Of a stretch of DNA of 64,000 nt, positions 42,196-55,759 are shown piece by piece. The first letter of the stretch is position 1; the number at the start of each line of letters is the position of its first letter. The DNA is taken from NCBI GenBank assembly GCA_051294375.1, contig CM119265.1, positions 29,226,540 through 29,290,539 of the forward strand, written 5' to 3'. The DNA is from Paraspadella gotoi (taxonomy: Eukaryota; Animalia; Chaetognatha). Under the pieces are notes generated by a model. The model made no database searches. It was not told the DNA's origin and saw nothing but the letters and a program-made list of their open reading frames with translations. Position numbers and translations under genes: made by a program.

Positions 42196-42480
42196 TTTAA
42201 ACTTATGGCATTTTTAAAAAAAGAAGCCCCCTTGCTGCGGCTCCTGAAGCAGCGGACTCAAACAAACACACAAAACTCGTATATTTTGCTGCTTCCATCA
42301 TCGTTTTATTCGTCACTCCTTTTGTCGTCGCTCTCACCGCCGCTACTGCTTCCTCCATCGTTCAAATTATCGTCGTCGTTTCTGTCGATCCCGATCCTGA
42401 CGGAGACTTAATTCTTTCTCTCGCTGAGTCACCCAGCAAGCCAGAATTTTATTGTTGCAAAAGTAGCGTCATGAAAAATG

Positions 42481-42580
42481 ACCCTAATCCCAACCCTAAT
42501 CACAACCCTAATCCCTAACCCTAATCCCAACCATAATCCCTAATATCTATCCCCTAAACTAACCTTATCCCTAACCGAAT
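42481..42580 (+). repeat. Degenerate interstitial (CCCTAA)-like tract
   Basis: accctaatcccaaccctaatcacaaccctaatccctaaccctaatccc; a shorter tract lies at 16002-16023. Confidence 0.7.
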
Positions 42581-42734
42581 CCCGAAACAATTAATCCATT
42601 GTTCAAATTATCGTCGTCGTTTTTGTCAATCCCGATCCTGACTCTAAGTCATCCAGCCAGAGAGAGAGCGAGAGAGATTCGCTGCTCCGGCATCGATGAT
42701 TGAAAAGGCCCAAAATTTTAGGTAAATCGCTCAA

Positions 42735-42925
42735 TTTAGTGGTGATGGACAGACAGACAGACTGTCAGACAGACAGATGTACGGGCGAACATCATTTATT
42801 TTGCATAATTTATCAAATTTCGATAATATGACATGAACTAAGTGACTTACCAACAAAATAGTGGGGTTGGACCGACCAAGTGAATTATAATGCCGGAATC
42901 TGCTGTGAGCAGATCCGACGAAAAA
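42735..42925 (-). mobile_element. HINE-like element 5' part, copy 3
   Basis: Minus strand begins tttttcGTCGGATCTGCtcacaGCAGATTCCGGC, continues with similarity to 10130-10250 and a (GTCT)n tract (gacagacagacag on +). Confidence 0.6.
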
Positions 42926-44067
42926 GAAGAAAAAAAAAAGAAAAAGAAAAAAAAGTTGAGTTTAAGCGAAGAATGAAGAAGAAGAAAAGATAAGAAGGAA
43001 AATAAAACGGAAAATGAAAAAAAAAAAAAATAGAATAAAAAAAATAAAATTACTAAAGAAAATAAAATTTCAAACAAAAGAAAAAAGAAAAAAAAAGAAA
43101 AACAATTTTTTCGTCCAACAAAATGGTTTATTTTGCGCAAAATCTTATTTTTGTCATCATCGTCGTCATCATCGTCGTTGTCGTCGTCGTCGTTATCATC
43201 ATCGTCAAACTTCGTGTTTTTTCTCCCCTTTCGTTATCCGTCGATACGATTTGACTAAATTAACCGATGAAATTTTAGAAAACAAGCAAATCAAATATGT
43301 TGTTGTTGTTGTTGTCGTCATCATCGTCATCATCATAGTCGTCGTCGTCATCATCGTCATCATCAAAATCGGCGTCGTCATCATCGTCATCCTTGTCGTC
43401 ATCATCTTTGGCGTCATCATCATCATCATCATCATCATCGTCATTATTGTTGTTGTCGTCATCGTTGTTGTCATCACCTTCGTCATCATCATAGTCGTCG
43501 TCATCATCTTCATCGTCGTCGTCGTCGCCCGATTTTGCGTATCGAATCGTATCTCGTGTCTCAAGAGAATTTTCATGGTCGCGAGAGAATTTAGTGGCCT
43601 TGGCCTCTCAAGGGGGAACTCTGGCCTCTCAAGGGGGACAGAAGGGGGGAACTCTCGCTTCTCAAGGGGGAGTAAAAGATAGTTTTGGTTTTTTAAGGGG
43701 ATAAAGAGATAAAAAAAAAGTGTTGGAATCTCGTTGGCTTCTTAAAAATTGAAAATAGAAGGAAGAGGAAATTTTGGTATAAGGGGTAATCTTGGCCTCT
43801 TAAGGGAGAGAGAAAGCGACTGTTTGGCCTTCTAAGGAGGTAGAAAAGGAAGCTTTGTCCTATTGAAAAACCACTTAAGGGGTTTGTAAGTAGAGAATTG
43901 TATTTTTTTTAAACGGGGTCTTAGGTTTTTTGCTTCTAATTTTTTTTTCTTAAATATATATATTTTATTTTTTTCATTTTTTTGGGAGGATGGAAGTGAA
44001 ATTAAAACTTTAGAAGAAACGCTACCTAATCTTTGTTTATAATTTTTGTCAAGAATATAACACTTAC

Positions 44068-44134
<67 letters not shown>

Positions 44135-44433
44135 GAGAGAGAGAAAGAGAGAGATATTTTTCCTTAAAAATAAAACAACTCATTAATTCGTCTTTTCTTT
44201 TTATTTTATTTTCAGATTCAATTTTTATTCAAGAAAAATGAAACCATAATGAACAACAACAACAACAACATCAGCAACGCGACGGGATTAACATCAAAAG
44301 TCGCAACAGCATCAAAAGCTCCAGCAGCTTTAACAGCAGCGGACGCCGCGGAAGCCGCGGGCGCAGCCTCTTCGATTCGGAACGAATAAAAGAGAGAAAA
44401 AGGATTAAAAGAAAAGAAAGAAAAGAAAAAGAA

Positions 44434-44490
<57 letters not shown>

Positions 44491-44979
44491 ACAGAAGAAA
44501 GAGAGAGAGACAGAGACAGAGAAAGAGAGAGACAGAGACGGAGAAAGAGAGAGACAGAGACAAAGAAGGAGAGAGACAGAAAAGTCCTGCTTAAAATTCA
44601 GGCGCCGAAACTTCATCGGAAAATCGGTTTCGTTGGAAAAGAAGGAAAACCAAAGACCGAAGCCCAACCTGTGGAAGCCCAACAAAGAAGCCCAACCGGA
44701 CTCAGCCCCACCGGTCGCAGTCTAAGTCTGAGCACAACCGTTTGTAGCCCAATCGGCCCGAGACCAATCAGTCGTTCGTAGGCAAACGGCTCCAGTCAAA
44801 TCTCACTGAGCCCAACCGTTCGAAGCCCAAACGTCCGCTGCCCAATCGGCCGGAGTCATCAAGGCCTCTGTTCACCTTCGTTTCTCTAAGAAAAAGAGTG
44901 AGATAGAGAGCGAGATAGAAAGAGATAGAGAGCGAGATAGAAAGAGATAGAGATTGAGAAGCCAAAAAAACAACGAAAT

Positions 44980-46495
44980 ATGGACATCACTGGGAAATCG
45001 TGCCGTGATTTAGACAAAGCTGCGCAAAGCCGTGGATTTGACAATGCTGCGCAAAGTCGTGGATTAGACAATGCTGCGCAAAGTCGTGGATTAGACAATG
45101 CTGCGCAAAGCCGTGGATTAGACAATGCTGCGCAAAGCCGTGGATTAGACAATGCTGCGCAAAGCCGTGGATTAGACAATGCTGCGAAAAGCCATGGATT
45201 AGACAATGCTGCGCAAAGCCATGGATTAGACAAAGCTGCGCAAAGCCGTGGATTAGACAATGCTGCGCAATGCCGTGGATTTGATAGCGATACGGAACTC
45301 CATGGATTAGGCAGCAGTACGCATCTCCATGGATTATACAGCGCTACGCAATGCCGTGGATTAGACAGCGGCGCTCAATGCCCTGGATTATACAGCGCTA
45401 CGCAATATCCTGGATTATACAGCGCTACGAAACTCCATGGATTAGACAGCGCTAGGCAATGCCGTGGCTTAGACAGCTCAGCGCAACGCCCCTCTATATA
45501 TTTCGTTTTGCAGAGACATGATTTTGCTGGTTTAACGCTAAGGCAAAGATTTAACTTGATGGCCGAAAGCCAAATGTTATGTAGAGATGAATATAAACTT
45601 GCAACGCGATGCAACATAAAAGTGAGGCGATGTGACTGCAACAGCACGAAGCAGTGCTGTAACTGCAACGGCATGAATCGGTGCTGTAGCTGCAGCAACT
45701 TCTACTTTCAATCGACTCCTAATCGAAATTCGCCTCAAAGGAAAATCGATTTTTTCGTTGGGGAAAAAATATTAAACAAAAAAATTAATGAAAATAACGA
45801 AAATATTAATTTTATTAAAACTGATGAAATTATAAAGTTGAATAGAATTAATAATAATAACAAAATTATTAAAAACAACGCGAAATGTATTTTACTACAC
45901 AAAACGAAAAACGTTAAAAACCAAAACGTGAAAAACAAATTCACCGAGAAAGAAAACAAAGACGAAGAAGAAAACAAAGACGAATCGAAAACAAAGACAA
46001 TTAAAAACGATGACGACGACGACGACGACGACGACGATGATAAAGACAACGACAAATCACTAAACAAATTATCATTAGAAAGAAAAAATAAAATGATCAA
46101 AACGAAAGAAAAACTAAGAAAATTCGAGACGAAAAACTTAATAGAAATGAACGTAGGAGCGAAAATTGGAAGACGAGATGAAATTGGCGCTCCAGCGAGA
46201 AGTAGAGTCAGAGCTCCAGCGAGAAGTAGACTCAGTGCTCCAGCGAGCATAAGAGACAGCGCTCCAGCGAGCATAAGTGTCAGCGCTCCACCAAGGATTA
46301 ACCATAGCGATCCAAGGAAGTTTATCATCGGTGCTCCGTCGAGAAATAGAGTCGCTGCTCCAGCTATAAATGGTATGGTAGTTCCAGCGAGGATTTGTGC
46401 TCCAACAAAGAATGACTTTCACGTTCTAGGAAGTATTAGCGACGGATCTACTTCGACTTTGCAAGTGGAATTACTGAACTCAGTCAATAGAAACT

Positions 46496-46542
<47 letters not shown>

Positions 46543-46820
46543 AAGAAAGAATACTCTACTGACTTGCCCGTCCGAGGATTTACTCTAAAACATTCACGAA
46601 CTCGATCTAGTGCTGATGCGTTAAAACCGACTTCGTTAAAAACGGTCTCGTTAAAACCGACTTCGTTAAAACAAACGTCCACGAAAAGAAACAGGATGTC
46701 CTTCAGCGGCGACACCTCAAACTGCACCGGCAGGATTCGCACCGGCAGGATTCGCACCGGCAGACAAATGTCCCAGGCGACGATGGACGGACGCCAATCG
46801 GGGATCGATTCGTTGCCAAG
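44980..46820 (+). CDS. Large putative exon / 614-aa ORF of a low-complexity repeat protein (9-aa repeats, Cys cluster, Asn/Lys-rich region, poly-Asp tracts)
   Basis: About 1.84 kb with no stop, including very AT-rich DNA at ~45750-46150; internal repeats have periods divisible by 3 (27, 24, 15, 3 bp). The apparent stop overlaps a donor-like AAG|GTAACC at 46821. No recognisable family. Confidence 0.55.
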
Positions 46821-47270
46821 GTAACCAAGTGTGTTGTTAGAATGTCTGATCTTTTTTTTTGGGGGGGGGGTTGCTCTTTCGACCTCTTGCGACCCATAAG
46901 GCTTAAGTTTTTCACTTTATTTTTTTATTATTATATTATTTATCAATTTAAATTAATAAAATCAGCTCTGTTTTTGACTTTCATTTTATCTCATTTATTT
47001 ATATTTTTTTTAATTTTCCTCTTTTTTAAAAATCTTGTTTCTATTAAGTTTCCTTTGTCTTCCTCGTCTNNNNNNNNNNGAGAGAGAAACGTGTTCATCG
47101 CTCTCAAGAGAGAGAGAGATAGATAGAGAATGAGTCGTCGGCAACCAACAAAGCCTTTTTTTTAACTTTGTTGCTTTCAAGTCCTAAGTTTTTCACTTCA
47201 TTAACTTTAACAATAATTGATGAAATATTCAAGTGTCTTCGTTTTTACAACGAGGGTGCGAAAACATTGC

Positions 47271-47353
<83 letters not shown>

Positions 47354-48905
47354 TTTGGCCGGGATTCCCCCGCGGGCCTGAGGGACTTAAGCTCACTCGC
47401 TCCTTCGTTGCCAACTCGGAATCGCTTAAAGACTCAGAGTAAGAATTAATTCCGGTTTTTTCTTTTTGCAGAGAGAGAGAGCGAGAGAGAGAGAGAGAGA
47501 GAGAGGCTTAACGCGAGAGTGAGAGAGAGTGAATTTGCATCTTCGAATCGTTTCTCTTGATTCCTATTTTTAGTTTCGTCCCGATTTAACTCTTTAAGTC
47601 ATTTGGGTGTTGGTCGGTCAGTCAGTAGGTTAGTTATTTTCTATTTCTGTTTTATTATTCTATTAACATTTAAAAAATAAATTATATTTATTATGTGATT
47701 TTGAATAATTCTTTGCAGATAGTTGATTTGCCTTTTCTGCTAGTGTAATTATATTATAAAAATTATGATAATATAACCGGAAAGTCAATACAAATAACTC
47801 ATTCAATACTGTTTCATACAGAAAGAATATTTGTGGGTTATATAATTTATATTTGTTTAGTTTCGAGATCAAGATCAATGCATAAAAAATAAATAAATCA
47901 AAAATAAATAAACTTGAAAATACAGTTTTTCAAAATACTGTCCACAATTAAATATTAATTGTTTTAATTATACGAGTTGTGAGATGTCGAGCGTTCGTGA
48001 CTTTCCCCGGACGAACTGATTAACATAAGTTCCAAATAAGAACATCGCGAATCGTAAATTTAAACTTTTATTATCGCAAAAAAAAGTTAATTGAAAACTC
48101 GTAAATACGAGTTTTTCTTTCGGGCGATGAGTTTCTATTGAGTTCATAAATGAGACTAAAAACTAATCGGGAAATCTTCGCTCTGACTTTGAGAAACGCG
48201 CGCGAAAATTGACCGATCGCTTAATTTTGGGGACATAGGGAGAAAGATATCAAAATAAGGAGGTTAAGGCATAACATTCAACACGAGTTAATTAAAAAAT
48301 TGTAAAAAATGTGAATATTTATCTGAATATCGAAAAAAGTCATGTTTAACAACAGGAAAAAAATTAAGATAGCTTATTTATTAAATAAAAGGTTAATGTA
48401 ATATTCATTATTCATGGTACCAATACAAAAAAATTGCGTATAAAAGTGAGTATAAGATTTCGTGATAGAAGTTTTAAGCTATTAAGATTACGGATCTGCC
48501 CTGTCTATTATTTGAAGGTCGAATGAAAATCTTTTTAAGAAGTTGAAAAACATCGTGCGTCTTTATTGCGCGAGATAGAGAAATTAAAAGATAAATTTAG
48601 TTTTAGGTAAGAATGAACTAGTTTTTAAAACGATTATCCAAAGGAGGCTTTCAGAAAGAAGAATCAAGATTAAATGATGAAGATCAAAAGATGAAGATTA
48701 AAAAATGAAGATTAAAAAATGAAAATTAAAAGATGAAGATTAAAAGATGAAGATTAAAAAATTAAGATTAAAAGATGAAGATTAAAAAATGAAAATTATA
48801 AAATGAAATTTAAAAAAAAATAAGATTAGAGAATAAAGATTTCAAGAATGCAGAATGAATTAGCGACGGTAAACCTCATTATCATAATCGTTCATAATTG
48901 CTATG

Positions 48906-48940
<35 letters not shown>

Positions 48941-49356
48941 NNNNNNNNNNNNNNNNNNNNNNNNNAAAGAGAGAGATCGCAGTAACAGTTCAGTTTAAGA
49001 CCTTGAAAGCGAATTTACATGTATGCGGCAGCCTACTGGTTTTTTAATTTCAGTTGAAATTAAAGAAAGTTGATGGCAATCAAGTTTTTAATGATAGCAA
49101 TTATCTTTTACAGTTGTGTCATTGTGGTGTGAAGGGCATTGCCATTTGGGTCAGGTTAGACACGAAACTGAATACCATATAAAGTCTTGTTTTGTACAGT
49201 CAGTTCGCCTATTTATAAAATTAAAATATATTTTTTTTAAAGATTTAGGGTTAATTAGTTGACTCGTTGCAATATATTTATATTCACCTTTCAACAAAAA
49301 AATCTTACCGCTAAGCAGTAATTGTAGCCAATTCGTATTTGAAAATCGAGGCTCAC

Positions 49357-50630
49357 CTGATCAAAGGGCCTGGCCTCCGAATGAGAGGAGCTTGTTTCCC
49401 CTGGCACGAATCCAGATTGCTGGTCTCTCAGTTTCGCAGTCGAACGTCACAGTCGCTTCCTTCCATCACCCGCCATTTTTTTGTTCTCGAATGCGATGGA
49501 GGAACGGAGGAAGAAGAGGAAGGGGAAGGAGGAGGAAAGGGAGGAAGGAAGGAGAGGAAGGGAGGAAGGGGAAAGGAGGAGAGGAAAGGAGACGACGTCT
49601 GTGAGGAAAAAAGTGAGGGGGAGATGAAAAACTAAAGAATTGGCAAAAAAAAGTCAATTTTTAACGTTTTTTTTTTTTCTAACTGTAATTTCCGCGTCGC
49701 GAAATAAAATTTGAAATCTTAATTGACATGAAAAGAATACGACATCAAGAAAATTAGTAAGGTGATGCTGAAAAAGATATTAAAAGAAAAGTCTAGAAAA
49801 GAAAAGAAAAGAAAAGAAAGAAAAAGTAAAAATGAAGGAAAGAAAGAAAAGAAAGAAAAAGTAAAAAAAAGAAAAGCAAAGAAAGAATAAAATAAAAAAA
49901 GAATAGAAGAAAAGAAACATAAAAGAAAAAGAAAAAGACAAAAGCAAAAAAATAAGAAAACTGAAAGAAAAAAAAAAAGAAAAAAGGCAAGAAAGAGAGA
50001 GAGAATCTTCTTTCCATCTCAAATTCCTTTTCTTCTTTTGCCATAAAATTTTCAGAAAATTTTAAAAAATTCCATGACAGTTTCCGCACATCAAAAATGA
50101 GTTTACTGACTTCGCTTCCTCTTTCATCGTCTCTTCTCTCTTTCTTTCTTATTTTATTCTTCTTCTTGCTATTATCTTTTATTTATGTATTTACTGCCTT
50201 TCTTTTACACTCCCTTTTACATCAATTTTTTTTTTTCCTTTGCAAATCCTTTTTTTCCTTCTTTACTTTTTCCTTTCCCCTTTTCCCTCCTTTTCTCTTT
50301 ACTTCCCTATTATTTTCTTCTTTTCTTTTCCTCGTCTCTTTTCTTTTCTTACCAATCCCTTTTTCTTTCCTCCCTTTCTTCTCCATTTCCTTTCCTCCCT
50401 TTTTTCTCCCTTTTCTTTCCTCCATTCCTATCCTCTCTTTTCCTTTCCTCTCTTTCATTTCCTCCCTTTCTTCTCCATTTCCTTTCGTCCTTTCCTTTCC
50501 TCCCTTTCTTCTCCATTTCCTTTCCTCTCTTTCCTTTCCTCCCTTTCTTCTCCATTTCCTTTCCTCCCTTTCCTTACCTCACTTCCCCGGTTCGCGACAT
50601 CGAAATGTAAAAATCGATTTCTCGCTTCAT
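49357..50630 (-). pseudogene. Inverted, frameshifted copy of the two Ig-gene exons (50578-50630 and 49357-49598); probably an assembly duplicate
   Basis: Reverse complement of 57688-58951 with the same splice sites but single-base insertions (e.g. gtcgcttccttccatcacccgcc) that break the frame. Confidence 0.6.
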
Positions 50631-52149
50631 AAACTTTTCTCACGGTTGTAACTCGTGAAAAGGGTCATGGGCTCACGGCTCACAAGTTGGGGCGCAAGAA
50701 GGTTTTATGGTGCGAGGGAGACTCAGGGTGATTCCTGTGAGCGAGAAATTGAAATCTCTCCAATGGCTGTTGTTTGTTGTTTGTTTGCTTCGTCTGTTTT
50801 TCGTGATCTTGTGGAAATGTCTTAAAACAGTTGCCCGGGAACAAAAAAAAATATGTCACTAGAAAAAGGAAGCATTCTAAGGCATACTGAGACAAACTCA
50901 GCCTTCAAAAAGAATACTAATATTACTAAAGACTACCAAAAGAAATCATTATGGTCAGTTACAGTTCCATCTATACTTTTTAAGTGTTTTTTTAAGTGCT
51001 TTCAATATTTTTTTATTGGTTAACATTTTTAAACTTTTCATAAATTCAAAATGAAATTTAGTCAAAGGCGCGAAAAAGTCACATATACTCATTTCCGACC
51101 AATGATCCAATGAATATTAAAAAAAGAGACTCAAACCTGGTTTTCGAACCATCGACCGCCTTGTCTCAGCACCATCTCTTTAAAAGACTCGGCCACGATG
51201 ACAGGCCGACGCGCCAGAGGAAATTTCTTGAACACAAGATTCGAACTCAGGGAAAAGAGTTAATTAGTTTTCTTGTTGGAGAATCATTCTGAGTGGAGGC
51301 CTCTTTCAGTAAGGAGGAGGAGGAGGAGGAGGAGGAGGAGGAGGGAGGGAGGAGGAAGAGGAGGAGGATGAAGCACTTGAACTGAAGGAAGAGATAATAG
51401 AAGATAAGAAGAAGAAGAAGAAGAAGTAGAAGAAGAAAATAAAGAAGAATAAGAACTTGGGAAAAGAAAGAAAGAGAATTTAGTAGAGAAAGGGGATAAC
51501 TTAGTACGGAAAGGGGAGAACTATTAATAAGAAAAGGGGAGAACTGAGTAGGCACAGAGGAGAACTAATAAGGTATTGAAGAACAAAGAGGAAAACTTGA
51601 AAGAACATAAAATAAAACTTAAGAAAGGTGAGAACTTGTAGAACATAAAAGAAAACTTCCAAAACAAAATAGCAGAACTTGTAGAACATAAATAAAGTTA
51701 TAAAAATTGAAGAAAAAAAGAAGAGAACTTGAAGAAAGAGGACAATTTAAAGATTGTATTGAAGAAAGTAAAGACAAAGAGGAGAACTTAAAGAACAAAT
51801 AAGAGATCTTGAAGAACAAAGGAACATGAGATGTGGTTAACAGTCATGGGGAAAAGAAAAATCTAGTTAATGTTCAATTCCACTAACCAACTCGTGAACT
51901 GATTGCATCTCCCACTCTTTCACTCTTTAACTTTTTCACTTTTTTCACTTTTCAATGGAATCGGACAAATGGACGGACGTTAAGAAGAGACAGCACAGAC
52001 AAGCGAGTTTCTAACTTTTGAAAATAGAATTAAAAGAAATATTTTTTTACGATAAAAAGTTAAAACTTTTATTGTTACTGAGTTACGTGGTGAGTTTTTA
52101 TCTATTAAAAATAAAGTCTAATCGAGAAGCTTTAAAGCAGCTGACGCTG

Positions 52150-52190
<41 letters not shown>

Positions 52191-52498
52191 CAATCGTTTA
52201 CATTCTCAAAACGATTCAACTGACTCCTTCATTTCTACAACATTACAATTTAAAAAAAAGATTGAATTAACTCGTTCATCACTTCACTTCCGAAAATTCT
52301 CTTCATTTCTTAGAAATGATGAACCAAAAAAATTCTTTACTCAAATCACGAACGAATATTTTTTTGGAGGAAAAGGATTTTTCCTCTAAGGAGAGGATTT
52401 CTCTTTCAAAAAAATATAATCTTATTATGCAAATGAGTCAATTAGGAAAATAAATGGATAATTTCCAGCGAAGAGTAAAGAGAGGAGTGAGAAGAGAG

Positions 52499-52573
<75 letters not shown>

Positions 52574-52787
52574 CGGCGGTGATATAATTCAGTGAAAATG
52601 TCTTCGGTCTCGAGTCTACCGTGATTCTCACTCGTTTTTCTTGATGTGAAACGACTTGTGATAATTTCAAGGATTCTTTTCGTGATGTCAGTTGATCTCC
52701 CCGTGATTTCACTCTTGATTTTGCCTGTCTTATGATGTGATTTTTGTGATGTAAATTTTCTTGTCTTGTGATAGATTCCTTTTATCG

Positions 52788-53045
52788 TGTTCTGTCTTTT
52801 TAATGGTTTCTTTCTTTTAATCGGTTCTGTCTTTTTTAGCGGTTCTGTCTTTTTAATCCGTTCTTTTCTTTTCAGGGCAGTTCTGTCTTTTTAGGCGGTT
52901 CTGTCTTTTTTAATCGGTTCTGTCTTTTAAGCGGTTCTGTCTTTTTATCAGTTCTGGTCTTTTAAGCGGTCTGTCTTTTTAATCGGTTCTGTCTTTTTAG
53001 GATTCACCACATCTGTCTTTTTAAGCGGTTCAGTCCCTGTTTTAA
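52788..53045 (+). repeat. ~18-bp minisatellite (inverted copy 55215-55440)
   Basis: Unit (g/t)cggttctgtctttttaa. Confidence 0.9.
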
Positions 53046-54045
53046 GCATTTTTCTTTTTTTGAATGCATTCAGTTTTTTTTTCTTTTATTTTTCCTTTTC
53101 ATATTTTTTCTCTAATTATTTCTCCCTTTAAAATTTATTGACCAAAAAAAGGAGACAAATTTGAAAACAAAACAAAAAATTCATTTATTTGCTTTTTGAC
53201 GATAACGTCTCATTTCTCACGCTGGTATCAGATTGTCTTTTACTAAACAGAGTTTGGATGCAAATCATATCTTAACATATTTAAAATATTTAAAGTTATT
53301 TTCTTTCAGCCACAATGTCGTTTTCTTTTGGTGACCGTCATCCGTCGTCGTCCGTCATATTCGTCGCCGTCGTTGTCGTCCTCTTCATCTTCCTCGTATT
53401 CTTCGCCATTTTGTCCATTTCCATCATCAACCATAGATGGCGTGTGTCAGCAAAATTCATTGAAAGACAAAAGAACAACGATTTTGCATCAAATGCGAGA
53501 GTTGGGACTTTTTTGCAAATGCACCTTTTTTAAACAAACTGGCAAGAGGCAATTTGTTTGAGTAAATTGCAGAGGATATAGTGGTTACGGCTGGGTAGCG
53601 AGGCTCTATTTTATGCTGTCCACCTTACTATGGCTTCAATGTGGGGTTAGAGACTTGCAGCTGGAATTGTTTATATTATCAGAAACATCTAGGAGATTAA
53701 CTCCATCATAATATTAACAACATCAAGTCATCAACAGAATCAGGCCAACATTAAATCCCATCATCGAAAACGAATCAATGTCGAAAATTGGCATGCTGTC
53801 TCTCTCTCTTCTCTCTCTCAGTCTTCTCTCTCACTCTCTCTCTCTCCTCTCTCTCTCTCTCTGTTTCCCTTTTAAAAAAACTTGTCGGTATTCAGCCAAA
53901 AACCGAATGGATTATATTCAGAGTAAAAGTTGACGAATATAAAAAAAAAGGCGAGTATGAATAAAACATGAATAAAACATGAATAAAACGAAATCGCGGA
54001 GATTCATTGAGAAAATCCTTCGACGGGAGTCGAAGGTTAAAGGTC

Positions 54046-54076
<31 letters not shown>

Positions 54077-54383
54077 AGCAGAGAGAGAGAGAGAGAGAGA
54101 GAGTGAGAGAAAAGAGAGAGGGGTGTCCATTTTATCCGCGTGAAATAAGGCGGAGACCTAAACGAGTTTCAAGAGATTAAATCGCGAGTGCATGATCTGT
54201 ATAGAAACTGACCTTTAACCTTCGACCTCCGTCGAAGGATTTTCTCAATGAATCTCCGCGATTTCGTTTTATTCATGTTTTATTCATGTTTTATTCATAC
54301 TCGCCTTTTTTATATTCGTCAACTTTACTCTGAATATAATCCATCGGTTTTTGGCTGAATACCGACAAGTTTTTTAAAAAGGG

Positions 54384-54438
<55 letters not shown>

Positions 54439-55648
54439 CAGCATCCAAATTTTCGACATTGATTCGTTTTCGATGATGGATTAATGTTGGCCTGATTCTG
54501 TTGATGTTGTTAATATTATTGATGGAGTTGATCTCCTAGATGTTTCGGATGGAGTTAATCTCCTAGATGTTTCTGATGAATATAAACAAATTCCAGCTGC
54601 AAGTCTCTACCCCACATTGAAGCCATAGTAAGGTGGACAGCATAAAATAGAGCCTCGCTACCCAGCCGTAACCACTATATCCTCTGCAATTTACTCAAAC
54701 AAATTTGCCTCTTGCCAAGTTTGTTTAAAAAAGGTGCCATTTGCAAAAAAGTCCCAACTCTCGCATTTGATGCAAAATCGTTGTTCTTTTGTCTTTCAAT
54801 GAATTTTGCTGACACAACGCCATCTATGGTTGATGATGGAAATGACAAAATGGGGGAAGAATACGAGGAAGATGAAGAGGACGACAACGACGGCGACGAA
54901 TATACGGACGACGACGATGACGGTCACCAGAAAAGAAAACGACATTGTGGCTGAAAGAAAATAACTTTAAAATTTTAAATATGTTAAGATATGATTTGCA
55001 TCCAAACTCTGTTTAGTAAAAGACAATCTGATACCCAGCGTGGAAGATGAACGTTTATCGTCAAAAAGCTAAAATAAATGAATTTTTTGTTTTGTTTTCA
55101 AATTTGTCTCCTTTTTTGGTCAATAAATTCTTAAGGGAGAAATAATTAGAGAAAAATATGAAAGGAAAATAAAGAAAAAAAAAACTGAATGATTCAAAAA
55201 AAGAAAAATGGCTTAAAAACAGGACTGAACCGCTTAAAAAGACAGATGTGGTGAACCTAAAAAGACAGAAAACCGAATAAAAAGACAGAAACAGCTTTAT
55301 AAAGACAGAACCGATTAAAAAGACAGAACCGCCTAAAAAGACAGAACTGCCTGAAAAGACAGAACGGATTAAAAAGACAGAACCGCTTAAAAAGACAGAA
55401 CCGATTAAAAAGACAGAACCGATTAAAAAGACAGAACACGATAAAAGGAATCTATCACAAGACAAGAAAATTTACATCACAAAAATCACATCATAAGACA
55501 GGAAAATCAAGAGTGAAATCACGGGAGATCAACTGACATCACGAAAAGAATCCTTGAAATTATCACAAGTCGTTTCACATCAAGAAAAACGAGTGAGAAT
55601 CACGGAGACTCGAGACCGAAGACGTTTTCACTGAATTATATCACCGCC

Positions 55649-55683
<35 letters not shown>

Positions 55684-55728
55684 NNNNNNNNNNNNNNNNN
55701 NNNNNNNNGAGAGAGAGAGAGAGAATGG

Positions 55729-55759
<31 letters not shown>

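Larger units (their letters stand above)
2630..55708. other. Seven exact 25-N assembly gaps (2630, 4730, 19011, 23348, 36124, 48941, 55684) plus several sized gaps
   Basis: Counted directly; most abut (GA)/(CT) tracts. Fixed 25-N gaps are typical of PBJelly-style long-read gap filling. Confidence 0.9.
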
